A stretch of DNA of 64,000 nucleotides, from IMG/VR virus record IMGVR_UViG_3300025167_000005. One strand, written 5' to 3'. Below the pieces are notes generated by a model. The model saw only the letters and a list, made by a program, of their open reading frames with translations. It ran no database searches and had not been told where the DNA came from. Positions 29,679 to 38,890 of the stretch are shown in pieces. Position 1 is the first letter of the stretch. Each line of letters opens with the position of its first letter. The stretch is from an uncultured virus (IMG/VR IMGVR_UViG_3300025167_000005). Lineage: Duplodnaviria > Heunggongvirae > Uroviricota > Caudoviricetes. A program made the translations under genes and the position numbers.

Positions 29679-29879
29679 CTTAATGCTTCCTCAGAAGACC
29701 GCGAACTTTTCGTTCCCATCGGCAACCGTCGCAAAGTTCTTCTTGTCCACCTTTCTTTCCGCGGTAGAAGTCTCCTGTCTGGTGAACGCCGTCTTCGTCG
29801 AGGTCGTGCTCTGCATCCCCGTTCAACTTGGCGCTGAGAAACGCCCGTAGCTCGGCGTTCTCGGCCCTGGGACCGCTGG

Positions 29880-30347
29880 TCATCCTGACCCCCTCTTGCG
29901 TGGGGGCAGGGGAAACTTCTCGTTGACCTCGCGCTCGACGTAGTCTCCCTCACGGTTGCGCGCGAAATCGGTCTTACCGTACTTCTCAGCGACCCAAGCA
30001 AGGGCCTCGGCGAGAGCCTTGGGTTTGCCCTCCCGGACGCGGCTCCACAAACTGAAGGTCTTATGCTTGCGGTTGTACCAGGCCGCCTTCGCGTCGGTCA
30101 CCAGCTCACGTCCATCCTTGATACGCACAACGGTCCAGCCCGGAACATCAGTGAGTCCGAGTCCTCTTCCACAGTAAATGATGGCGATGCGGTCTCCACC
30201 CGCAGCCTTGAGCTGGTCGTAGGTATTAATAAGCCGCGGTGTTGCGGGGAGTGGCGGGGGAATCACAGCGGCGGCCCGTGCGTCGGAAGGCGGCTCGCAC
30301 GGACCCGTGGGTCTTCCGATTCGCACCGCGTCATCCTTGTCCGTCAC
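29880..30347 (-). CDS. Hypothetical protein
   Basis: Leaderless GTG after cgtttaaatag (30370). Confidence 0.65.
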   Translation of the reverse strand: MTDKDDAVRIGRPTGPCEPPSDARAAAVIPPPLPATPRLINTYDQLKAAGGDRIAIIYCGRGLGLTDVPGWTVVRIKDGRELVTDAKAAWYNRKHKTFSLWSRVREGKPKALAEALAWVAEKYGKTDFARNREGDYVEREVNEKFPLPPRKRGSG

Positions 30348-30442
30348 GAGCAGATATACACCACCGCAGCTATTTAAACGTACCCAGTTTCAAGCCTATC
30401 CTCTGCGCAACCTTTATAAGCGAGAGGTAACCAGTCGTCTCG

Positions 30443-31183
30443 ATGAAGCGGTCGCTTCGCATCGTACTGGTCCTCGGTCTCGTAGCCGCGGTTGCTTTCG
30501 CCTTCCTTGTCGTCCTTCCTTCAGACAGAGCCGTGGACATCGTGTCAACACCGGCCGGGGACACGGCAAACGGAACGCCGAACGACCCCGTGGGAAACGG
30601 GTACGTGGGGAACTCGTCCGTAGTTGGAACGGCTTACGTCGTCATCACCCTGCGGTTCATGGACGGCACCGTCAAGGTACTCACCTCGCAGTTCTCTACG
30701 ATGACCGTCTTCGCCTACGGTAAAGCGGTCAGAGACATTGAATATACAGTCAACGGCAAGTTTGAGGCTGGAGAACCGGGGGCCGAAGTCGTCTTGACGA
30801 ACATCAAGACCGGACTCTTTATCACCCGGGGGGCTGGAACCGGATACTGGGGACAGAACATCCAGAATCTACCAGTACCAGACAAGACCCTAACGATGGG
30901 AGTGACCGGGGGCATCGCATCAACGACGGTGACCGCCCTGACCATTGAATCCTATTTGACCGGATTCGACCAACCAGCCGGTAGTTACACACTGAAGTTC
31001 TTCACTGAGTTCTCCTGGTCATCCATCTCAGCAGACCACCTGGCCAGCATCTCTGGTCCCAACATCCCTGTCAACGTCCAGTACACGACCAGCGGTGACA
31101 ACAACGACCCCATCATCGGGGGAGACAACCCCGAGCCCTGCCCGTTCAGCGTGATTCCGCCCGACCCCTGCTTTAGCATCTGA
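30443..31183 (+). CDS. Membrane-anchored beta-rich protein
   Basis: TATA aacctttataag at 30409; N-terminal TM; Pro/Cys tail. Confidence 0.75.
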   Translation: MKRSLRIVLVLGLVAAVAFAFLVVLPSDRAVDIVSTPAGDTANGTPNDPVGNGYVGNSSVVGTAYVVITLRFMDGTVKVLTSQFSTMTVFAYGKAVRDIEYTVNGKFEAGEPGAEVVLTNIKTGLFITRGAGTGYWGQNIQNLPVPDKTLTMGVTGGIASTTVTALTIESYLTGFDQPAGSYTLKFFTEFSWSSISADHLASISGPNIPVNVQYTTSGDNNDPIIGGDNPEPCPFSVIPPDPCFSI

Positions 31184-31192
31184 GAACGGGAT

Positions 31193-31432
31193 ATGAAACT
31201 GCCCAGCCTCTATTCAATCGTAACCGGCCTGGTCTTCGGAGCCATCATGGCTGGACTCTGGATTGCTTCAAGCCAGCTTGTCGGAGCCATTGTTTCAGGG
31301 TTCGTAATCCTCGGAGCCTTCGTCGGATTCGGTGGGTTCAGGCTCCTGAAGATGGCCAGAATCGCCACCGACATCGGCATCACCAGCCTCCTGTTCGGCA
31401 TGGCCATCGTGCTCTACGCCTTCCCACTTTAA
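31193..31432 (+). CDS. Small 3-TM membrane protein
   Basis: Almost entirely hydrophobic, 79 aa. Confidence 0.65.
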   Translation: MKLPSLYSIVTGLVFGAIMAGLWIASSQLVGAIVSGFVILGAFVGFGGFRLLKMARIATDIGITSLLFGMAIVLYAFPL

Positions 31433-31929
31433 GCTCGACGCCGGACGTGAGCGCGGACCGGAACGTTCCTGGGTCGGCGCAAGAACTCTCGAATGCGGGT
31501 CGGATATAAAACAGAGCCATAGACAATCGGAGGACGGTCTCTCACGTCTTTCAGGTCCACTGCCAAGAGGTTTCCTATGTCGTCCCCGCTCCGGTCCAGG
31601 ACAACCCCTCGAATCTTTCGCACGCGATGAGCGATTGCAACATCCCGGATAACGCCCCAGTGCTTACGAACCGCGGCATCCGTCCCATCGACGAAAAGAA
31701 TGTCTCCGCCCTCCCCCGCGTCATAAGCGACTCCCGCCCGAATCCACCCGGCAACCAACGCCGCGCCCACGATGTTTCTCAAGGTTCTGTTTTTGGGAAG
31801 CCCCTTCCCGTGCTTTGGCTGGAAAGACGCCTCCTTCAACAGCTCCTCGTGGTCCGTTTCGGAGCCACCCTCAACGACACCTCCCTCCGGAGATAACCAC
31901 AGCTTTGCCTTATCGACGCTGGTCGCCAC
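31429..31929 (-). CDS. WxxPxG-family protein with C-terminal VPVRAHVRRRA tag
   Basis: LWLSPEG..H..GWIR; paralogue of the next two genes. Confidence 0.75.
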   Translation of the reverse strand: MATSVDKAKLWLSPEGGVVEGGSETDHEELLKEASFQPKHGKGLPKNRTLRNIVGAALVAGWIRAGVAYDAGEGGDILFVDGTDAAVRKHWGVIRDVAIAHRVRKIRGVVLDRSGDDIGNLLAVDLKDVRDRPPIVYGSVLYPTRIREFLRRPRNVPVRAHVRRRA

Positions 31930-32391
31930 CTACGCTCTCCTCCTGTGCGTCCGGACCCGGACGGCCCGTCGGCGGAACTCTCGAATCCTTGTAGGCGCTG
32001 CCTGGAGCGAGTCCAACCGTTTGACTCCAGCATGCAGGTCTTCCCTTGGGATACTCACCCTCCGAAGTTCGCCACTGGGGTCATCGAGGATATCAAAAAC
32101 GTAGTGTTCGTAAGGAAGCCGGAGAAGTACTAACGCTACTTTGTCCCAGTGCTTTTTCAAAGTACCCAGATTTCCTTCTGCACCATCCAGCGTGACCCGA
32201 ACCCAGTCCTCGCGCAGTGCTCTGGACATCAGTCGGCTCTGCATATCTTCCTGGTCAATATAATCCTCGTCGCCGAACTCATCTGGAAATGCGTTCAAGT
32301 CCATTAAAATTCGGCCATGCGTCACCTCGGTCACTTCATGAACGTCTCCAGTTGGAGTCACCCATGCCCCAAAGTATGGTCCCTGGGTCAT
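31930..32391 (-). CDS. WxxPxG-family protein with C-terminal VRVRTHRRRA tag
   Basis: AWVTPTG..H..DWVR. Confidence 0.75.
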   Translation of the reverse strand: MTQGPYFGAWVTPTGDVHEVTEVTHGRILMDLNAFPDEFGDEDYIDQEDMQSRLMSRALREDWVRVTLDGAEGNLGTLKKHWDKVALVLLRLPYEHYVFDILDDPSGELRRVSIPREDLHAGVKRLDSLQAAPTRIREFRRRAVRVRTHRRRA

Positions 32392-32876
32392 CGCCGTCTC
32401 CTATACGTCCGGACTCGAACGGCCCGTCGGCGAAACTGAAGAAGAGACGATGGCTTGCTGCCTGGCGAGGGAGGCTGCCGAAGGGCAAGAAATGCAGTGA
32501 CAGGCAAGTAGATGGCCTCCTCGGAATGCATGTCGGCCGGAGTCGGGATGGAAATATAGTACACACCCACTTTGCCGGACTCCCACACTCTGGCGTTGTT
32601 GGCCACCAGGTCCTTGATGTGCTCCCAGTTCCTAACGATGGATTCGTACTTGCCCTCGAACACATTAAACACCCGGATGTATCCAGCGCTCATAAGCGCC
32701 CCGTTGATATTATTTGCCAGGTCGTCTTCGTACAGAGTCGCCATCTCCGCCTCGTCAAAGATGCCCGCCGCCTCCGGCCCCATGCGTACAACGGCACTGT
32801 GAGTGCGATGTTCCTCTTTCCCCAAGAGAGGAAAAAACGCTCCTCCCGGAGTAAGCCATCCGTGCAGAGATTTCAT
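32388..32876 (-). CDS. WxxPxG-family protein with C-terminal VRVRTYRRRR tag
   Basis: GWLTPGG..H..GYIR. Confidence 0.75.
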   Translation of the reverse strand: MKSLHGWLTPGGAFFPLLGKEEHRTHSAVVRMGPEAAGIFDEAEMATLYEDDLANNINGALMSAGYIRVFNVFEGKYESIVRNWEHIKDLVANNARVWESGKVGVYYISIPTPADMHSEEAIYLPVTAFLALRQPPSPGSKPSSLLQFRRRAVRVRTYRRRR

Positions 32877-33409
32877 CGCCGTCTCCTGTGCGCATGAACC
32901 CGGACCTCGCGTCGGCGGGGCGCACCAACTCGTGGACTATGAGTCGAGTCCCATATCCGGTTGACCTCCCTACGCACCGCCCGTATCTGCTCAAGCCACT
33001 CCGGCTTTCCGTGCGAAGCCGCTTCTATCTTGCCCAAGGCGCGGTTCATCTGAAAGTAGTCGTGTGCAAGCAGGACCGGATTCCTGGCCAGATGGTCGGT
33101 GATGTCCTTCAACGAGAAGAATGGTTCGGTCTGGTAGGACCTCGACGGCATCGAAGGACGCATCCGGAATGCAGACGCCACAGAAACCTCCAGCATGTCG
33201 GCAACCTCCGGGGCACTGTACCCCCGCTCGAACAGGTCCCTGGCAGCGGCTTCCTGCTCCTCCTTGAGTACCCCTCGCTCCGCCAGGCCACGGCGAACGT
33301 TCAGGACTGTGTTGCCGCCCACGCCAAGCTCACGGGCAATCTCCCGGACAGACTTTCCCTGGTCGAGCATGGCTTGAATGGCGCGGACCTTGGAGGCTTC
33401 AACGACCAT
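32873..33409 (-). CDS. Double HTH protein with C-terminal VRVHAHRRRR tag
   Basis: GKSVREIARELGVGGNTV and GYSAPEVADMLEVSVASA. Confidence 0.8.
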   Translation of the reverse strand: MVVEASKVRAIQAMLDQGKSVREIARELGVGGNTVLNVRRGLAERGVLKEEQEAAARDLFERGYSAPEVADMLEVSVASAFRMRPSMPSRSYQTEPFFSLKDITDHLARNPVLLAHDYFQMNRALGKIEAASHGKPEWLEQIRAVRREVNRIWDSTHSPRVGAPRRREVRVHAHRRRR

Positions 33410-34100
33410 GGACCCTCCTGTATGACCGGACGAACACTCGCCTGCGACCGAACCTGGGCCGCTGGAAGCTCATCTCCTCACGATGCCTCTCAACATCTCG
33501 TTCCGTGGTCACGCGCCCACCTTTCATATCGGCGAGAGCGTCCAGAACGGCTTCCTTGAGCGAGGCCGGGTCTGTAAACTCCAGCCACTGGTCCGTATCC
33601 CGACGATAGACGATGACCCGTCCCGGGAACGGAACGAACAGCGTATTGAGAGCAAGACGGGCCGAAGCATCGTCGAACAGAAGCCTGGCCCAAGCAATCC
33701 TCTCGCCGCGAAACATCCTCTCTCGCTCGGTGGCAATCATGTATGCGTCCTGAATGCTGTACCTCTTCTGATTCTCCTCTTGCGCAGTAAAAGTACGCCG
33801 ATATATCTCCGACATATCTCGGATTCTTGCCGCCTTCGCAACCACCGTAGCATCTTCATACATGACCCACGCTTTCGATTTAGAGTCCCGCAGGTGTTTG
33901 TACGGGTCTGCCATCTTTACATCGAACAGATTCGTGGAATCCGGGACAAGAGACCCGGTTGGCCAGAAAAAGACTACCTCTCCGTCCAGTTTCTGCCACG
34001 CTTCATCTATGACACGACCGTCCGAGCCGCGCAAACTCTTCTTGTCCGGGTCCAGTCCGGGTTCCGGCGGATTCCGGAACGCTTTCGACCAGGAGGTCAT
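33399..34100 (-). CDS. Hypothetical protein with C-terminal VFVRSYRR tag; related to 56731-57609
   Basis: Shares VVxxWP, R-V/I-x-x-YRxDTDxW and RFGRRR..VFV[RK]SY segments. Confidence 0.75.
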   Translation of the reverse strand: MTSWSKAFRNPPEPGLDPDKKSLRGSDGRVIDEAWQKLDGEVVFFWPTGSLVPDSTNLFDVKMADPYKHLRDSKSKAWVMYEDATVVAKAARIRDMSEIYRRTFTAQEENQKRYSIQDAYMIATERERMFRGERIAWARLLFDDASARLALNTLFVPFPGRVIVYRRDTDQWLEFTDPASLKEAVLDALADMKGGRVTTERDVERHREEMSFQRPRFGRRRVFVRSYRRVHGR

Positions 34101-34840
34101 GGTCTCCTCTTCGCCCAGTTCGCCCGAAGCGAATCCTTGTAATCATGCAACAATCTCAAGACGGCTCTGTTCGTCTCGCGCACGGCCGACACTCGTTCCC
34201 TCTTCGGGATTTCCAGATACTGCTCCAAGAACGGAACAATAAGCCGATTCGCCAGGCCCTTGGCCTTCTGCTCCACAACTTTCTTCGGGTCGGTCTCTTC
34301 AATCTCAACCGTATGCATCTTTTTCATCTCCTCTTCCGCGTTGGGATGAAACGTAGGCACGACCCAGTTGTCATACGCGAACCGGGCGGTGTCGCGCAAC
34401 ATCCGGTCGAACTTGGAACTCCTCGGCCCGTTCGTGTAAAGGTCCTCATCGTTCATCACCTGAAGTTCGACCTCCTCCATGACCCACTGCTGGATGCGCA
34501 TACACCCATCAAACGCCCAAACTGGTACAGTGCAACGTCCACGGGCATCGGCGAGGACTTCCTCGGCCGCAATATCATGAGCATGTCTCTTCGTCTCTCC
34601 CTCTTCGACCATCCAGGTTCCCTCGACGACCCGATAAAACACGTCGGGATGTTCCTTGGCCCACGTTGCCGTAGCGTCCTCGGCCACTTCCTTGCTCGCC
34701 CAGTTTGAAGAATGCATTGACCAGTCTGCGGAGCCAACCTTGATTTGAACATGCCAGACCTTGTCAGGAAAATCCTCCCCCCAGGGAAGCTTCTCTCCGG
34801 GGCGAGGCGCCCTGCGGACGTACCGACGGACTCGAATCAT
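34097..34840 (-). CDS. Hypothetical protein with N-terminal IRVRRYVRR tag
   Basis: RBS gaggag before ATG 34840. Confidence 0.75.
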   Translation of the reverse strand: MIRVRRYVRRAPRPGEKLPWGEDFPDKVWHVQIKVGSADWSMHSSNWASKEVAEDATATWAKEHPDVFYRVVEGTWMVEEGETKRHAHDIAAEEVLADARGRCTVPVWAFDGCMRIQQWVMEEVELQVMNDEDLYTNGPRSSKFDRMLRDTARFAYDNWVVPTFHPNAEEEMKKMHTVEIEETDPKKVVEQKAKGLANRLIVPFLEQYLEIPKRERVSAVRETNRAVLRLLHDYKDSLRANWAKRRP

Positions 34841-34917
34841 CGTCTCCTCCTCGGATAGTCGCCGTCCTTCCACGACCCGAAGTCGGCGTCCTGTGGGAGC
34901 TTAGAGGACCAGAGCAT
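34837..34917 (-). pseudogene. 26-codon truncated copy of the 5' end of gene 56731
   Basis: MLWSSKLPQDADFGSWKDGDYPRRRR-stop vs MLWSSKFPQDADFGSWKDDDYPK; near-identical DNA over ~70 bp. Confidence 0.75.
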
Positions 34918-34961
34918 CGAGAAGATTGCCCCAGAAGCGCTATATAAAGCTTGCTTGGCGG

Positions 34962-35267
34962 CTATTGAGGCCGACCAGACATGCGAGCCACAGCCTCATC
35001 GTAGGCCTTCTGAGCAGAAGCTACAGCCTCATCGTAGGCCTTCTGAGCAGAAGCTACAGCCTCATCGTAGGCCTTCTCGGCGAGAGCCTCGCGCGCAGGA
35101 GGAGCCTGTCTTAGGTCGTGCCCTCTATGCTCATCAAGAAACGAGGACTCTACGAAAAGTCCATCGTCTGCACAGTCATAACAAAGATGGGATACTTCGG
35201 GAAGCCGACCAATTCCAGACCGTCCAGGATTGCGTCGTCTGGTATGCCGCCGGACTGAAACCTTCAT
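34962..35267 (-). CDS. Protein with N-terminal VSVRRHTRR tag and C-terminal 11-aa repeats
   Basis: TGATG overlap; 33-bp unit acagcctcatcgtaggccttctgagcagaagct about 3x at 34990-35080. Confidence 0.7.
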   Translation of the reverse strand: MKVSVRRHTRRRNPGRSGIGRLPEVSHLCYDCADDGLFVESSFLDEHRGHDLRQAPPAREALAEKAYDEAVASAQKAYDEAVASAQKAYDEAVARMSGRPQ

Positions 35268-35707
35268 CAGTCGTTTGCTCCCTCGAAAAAGGCAACATCG
35301 GATGGTAGGGCTGGCCATCTGTCAGTAATGACTTTTGGGCGTTCGCCAAGGGTTGTGAACTCTACATTGGCCTCCTGAATCATCTTAACAAGACTGTCCT
35401 TCAACACACGAAAATAGACTTCCCCGTCCGCATTGTAATTGCCATCGTAATCCTCAGGAATCAGCTTAGAAGAAAAGCTTGTCAGGCTCTCACCATCCAT
35501 CCGTTCCACATACTCAAGTATCTTCTGCCTGGCTTCCTCCGGACTCGTTGCTATGGCCACAAACCTTGCTTCACTATGATAGTCAACTGGTGTGTAGATT
35601 GCATACAGAACAGGTCTATCTACCGCTGTCGCCAACGCCACTATTCGCCGTCGTAGATGGTCGCCGACGATATGCCGTCGAAGATGCCGCCGAACCAGAA
35701 CCTTCAT
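35267..35707 (-). CDS. Hypothetical protein with N-terminal VLVRRHLRR tag
   Basis: Leaderless after tctttataag (35731). Confidence 0.75.
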   Translation of the reverse strand: MKVLVRRHLRRHIVGDHLRRRIVALATAVDRPVLYAIYTPVDYHSEARFVAIATSPEEARQKILEYVERMDGESLTSFSSKLIPEDYDGNYNADGEVYFRVLKDSLVKMIQEANVEFTTLGERPKVITDRWPALPSDVAFFEGAND

Positions 35708-35751
35708 GCAGACTGTCAGGACCACGACCCCTTATAAAGATTTCCTGTCAC

Positions 35752-36540
35752 CTATGGCTCCATGAATTCAATATCGCCGCCCGCGGCGAAGTGCTGTGTA
35801 GTCCACTTTCCGGGCATAGCAACCGCATCATCCATGGATAGCCCCAGCCGCAGCCGCCGGTGGTACTCCTTGCGGGACAGGAGGATGGCGCACTTCAGCA
35901 CGTAAGATTCCAGCGTCGTCTTCGTGCCGAACTGTGAGGGAATGCCCAGGGTGCCCAGGCGGTCCTTGAGCATCTGAATCCTGGCACCACGGAAAAACCA
36001 GATGGCCAGGTCACCGCTGTTCGGCTCCAGCACGACGCGGCGGGTCTCCCCGGTCTCGTCCATCCAGCAGTAAAAGGTCCGGTAGTAGAACGACCTCTTC
36101 TTCTCGTAATCCACTGGCACCTTTCCATTCAACGTCCTAAAGGTCTCGCGCCATTTCGGAGTATGACCCTGGTCCGGAGCAATGAGATGGGCCACTTCAT
36201 GAGCCATAGTATCCCCGTTCAGGGCGTGATGGAGGTCGCGGAAGCAAATCCAACCAAAGTACGGCCCTTTGCTGTAGTTGTGAGCATGCGCCAGCCTTCT
36301 CGAACGCGAAGAGAACCCCCGGCCCCCATTCATAACGCATGCCCCCACCATCAGGCGGGGCTTCAAGTGAAAGGCGTTTGCTCTGACGACGACCCGCTCG
36401 AAGAGTCGAACGACCACGTCTGGCGCATTGCCCGGCAAAGTCTTGGCCAGCTCGCTCTGCTCTCTGAACCACAGTTCATACGACAAGCCAGACTTCCAGA
36501 CCTGCTTCCGGAGCCAGGTTCGATACGTCTGCGGAGGCAT
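35752..36540 (-). CDS. SprT/WLM-like zinc metalloprotease-domain protein
   Basis: MAHEVAHLIAPDQGHTPKW (HExxH..H). Confidence 0.7.
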   Translation of the reverse strand: MPPQTYRTWLRKQVWKSGLSYELWFREQSELAKTLPGNAPDVVVRLFERVVVRANAFHLKPRLMVGACVMNGGRGFSSRSRRLAHAHNYSKGPYFGWICFRDLHHALNGDTMAHEVAHLIAPDQGHTPKWRETFRTLNGKVPVDYEKKRSFYYRTFYCWMDETGETRRVVLEPNSGDLAIWFFRGARIQMLKDRLGTLGIPSQFGTKTTLESYVLKCAILLSRKEYHRRLRLGLSMDDAVAMPGKWTTQHFAAGGDIEFMEP

Positions 36541-36580
36541 AGTACTCCTATGGCGTCCGTCGTTTATATACCCTTGGCGT

Positions 36581-37075
36581 TTACGGAAAGATGGTCTCCC
36601 CGTTCCACGGACAGTTCTTGCACTCCTTCTTGTGCAGCCGGTCCACGGCCTCGTCACGGACCTTCCGGATGGGAGCTATAACCTCTCCGTAGGCCTTCTG
36701 GGCAGAAGCCACGGCCTCGTCGAATGCCTTCTCGGCGGAAGCCTCGGCCTCGTAGGCCTTCTGGGCAGAAGCCACGGCCTCGTCGTAGGCCTTCTCAGCG
36801 GAAGCCTCGGCCTCGTCGCGGACCTTCCGGGCGGGAACTATGACCTCGTCGTAGGCCTTCCAGACGGGAACTTCGGCCTCGTCGAAGGCCTTTAAGATGC
36901 GATTCATCGCCTTCTGGTCCTTGACCGGTTTAAGCAATCGCAGACGAGTCTCAATCTCGCTCGCGGGCTTGTTCTCCCGGATGTACTTCCGACGGGCGGG
37001 CAGCCCACCCTCGGTCAGCCGTTCAACAAGGTGTCCATGATGGACATGCCAGGCCCACTTGCCGAGGGTGGTCAT
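36581..37075 (-). CDS. 11-aa repeat protein, paralogue of 27331-27783
   Basis: Near-identical N- and C-termini, different repeat number. Confidence 0.8.
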   Translation of the reverse strand: MTTLGKWAWHVHHGHLVERLTEGGLPARRKYIRENKPASEIETRLRLLKPVKDQKAMNRILKAFDEAEVPVWKAYDEVIVPARKVRDEAEASAEKAYDEAVASAQKAYEAEASAEKAFDEAVASAQKAYGEVIAPIRKVRDEAVDRLHKKECKNCPWNGETIFP

Positions 37076-38239
37076 CGGTCTTCAATCACTGTCCTGTGCC
37101 CTATCTTCATCGCCCATAGCGTCCACTCCCCCGACGACCGTTCCTGCCAGAACCATGCTTATCCCGACCAAATAAAGCACCAGTCCAGCAGCAGAAATCT
37201 TGATGACAAGCATCGCCACTCCAACGACGAGCATCGCCAGTCCGGCAACGAAGAAATGCATGCCAAGCCGTTGTGTATCGTCGTTCATCGAAACCTACGC
37301 ACGGTCTTCATCAAGGGCCGGAGGTATTTGAAGGGTTCCTTTCAACCGCCACTCGACAGCCCACTTCTGATGAAATGAGTCAAGTACGGGCTCGGTCACC
37401 GAGAGGTCTGGGTTGGCCTGCATGGTCTTATACTCCTCGCGGGCCTTCGCCTCGTCCTGGTAATACCGCCGGGGCATCAGTTCGCCTCCTTGGACAGCCA
37501 TCCCTTGCAGAACCGACAGCATCTGAAGCACCACAGGTGCAGGTCGCCCGGTCCGGGAACCGTCCGACCCGCGAGATTCGCATTCTTCCACCGATGGTCT
37601 ATTGCCTGATGGCCACAAGCCGGACATGGCAAGGGACCGGACATGCTCACACCATCTCCACGCTGGCCTGCTCCGGGTCCAGGAAGCGGACCACTTTCAG
37701 TCCCGCTCCCTCAATCCGGTCTGTTGCCCCCTTCTGCGTCTCGGTCTCAACGATGACCGCCACCAGCCACGCCGTCTTCGGAGGCGCCACGCCCCAGCAG
37801 GTTCGCGGGGCTCCCTGGTACATGTAGTGACACACCCGCCACATGGTTCCAGAACCCAGTGGATTGAGCAGTTGGTTGAAGTAGCCTGTCCTGCCGCACT
37901 TGGAGCAAGTACCCTTGCGTCCACCCCCTTTCACATAGACCCAGTGACGGCGGACGTGCGGGCTCACTTGTCCACCCAGTTCCCCTTGGCCATCTCCTGG
38001 CCGAGATACTCCTTGAGCTTGGCAAGCTGCTCGACGTTCGATGCGCCCCACCACGGCCAGAGTTCTCCGCCGTTAAAGTTCGCGCAGGTCCTGTCGCACA
38101 CAAGGCCAGCGGAGGTCGGAATCGGACGGTGACCAAGCCAACCGCCGCATCGACACGGGTCGGTGTAACGGTACTCGTACACCTTGACCTCTCGCGTGTG
38201 GGAAAGGATTCTGGCGACGTACTGGAGGTCGTTCATACT

Positions 38240-38890
38240 TCACATCCCGCAGCCCGTGTAAGCGGAACCGTCTGTCTCCGGACCTGCGCGCACGTTCGGA
38301 TTGACAAACCACTCGCCACACAATACGCACTTCTTCGCGCTCCCGTGTCCGTGCGGCTTGTCTGCGTAAGCGCACCTGGAGACATTCATCGGGCATCGCG
38401 TGCTCGTGTCCCTGTAGAGCCACCCGCACGCCGGGCACTCGTCCCCTTCGACCAGCGGGTCGTTCCGCACAACGTCCGAGCGTTCGAACTGGTCTTCGCG
38501 TATCAGCTTGAATACGCCGAGGAGGTTCCCCTTGCCTCGCGCCAGCCGCGCTGTGGAGAGCGTCCCGCTGTGTACGGGGGTTCCGCCCCAGAAGGCGAGC
38601 ACGACGTTCGCGGCCTTGACCATGGCGCGGTTGCGGGCGTGGTAGCCTTGTGGAAGCTCTCCCTTCGGCGGATACCCGGTGTAGGGGATGCCATTGAAAG
38701 CCGCGTAATCGCGCACCCAGACATCCACCCCCCCTTTCGGGCTCTCTCCGCTCACGACTTCGACCCGACCGTGGTTCTCGCGGACAAGGGGGAGGAACTC
38801 GTTGAGGTAGGCGTAAAGCGCACGCATCGCCTTGTCCGGGTCACTCCAATGCCTCTCCTGGCTGCCGACGATGGCGATGATGAACGTCAC
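38240..38890 (-). CDS. SLOG (YspA/DprA-like) domain protein with Cys-rich tail
   Basis: IAIVGS, VVSGESPKGGVD, ARNRAMV, VLAFW, SGTLST. Confidence 0.75.
   Translation of the reverse strand: MTFIIAIVGSQERHWSDPDKAMRALYAYLNEFLPLVRENHGRVEVVSGESPKGGVDVWVRDYAAFNGIPYTGYPPKGELPQGYHARNRAMVKAANVVLAFWGGTPVHSGTLSTARLARGKGNLLGVFKLIREDQFERSDVVRNDPLVEGDECPACGWLYRDTSTRCPMNVSRCAYADKPHGHGSAKKCVLCGEWFVNPNVRAGPETDGSAYTGCGM

Noticed and set aside
34990..35080. 33-bp direct repeats as a CRISPR array
   Set aside because: Head-to-tail with no spacers, and in-frame coding.
27331..37075. Diversity-generating retroelement template/variable pair
   Set aside because: No reverse transcriptase in the window; both copies are full ORFs and differences are not confined to adenines.
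37647..37967. MSPHVRRHWV as another tag instance
   Set aside because: Lacks the following Arg pair; left out of the count.
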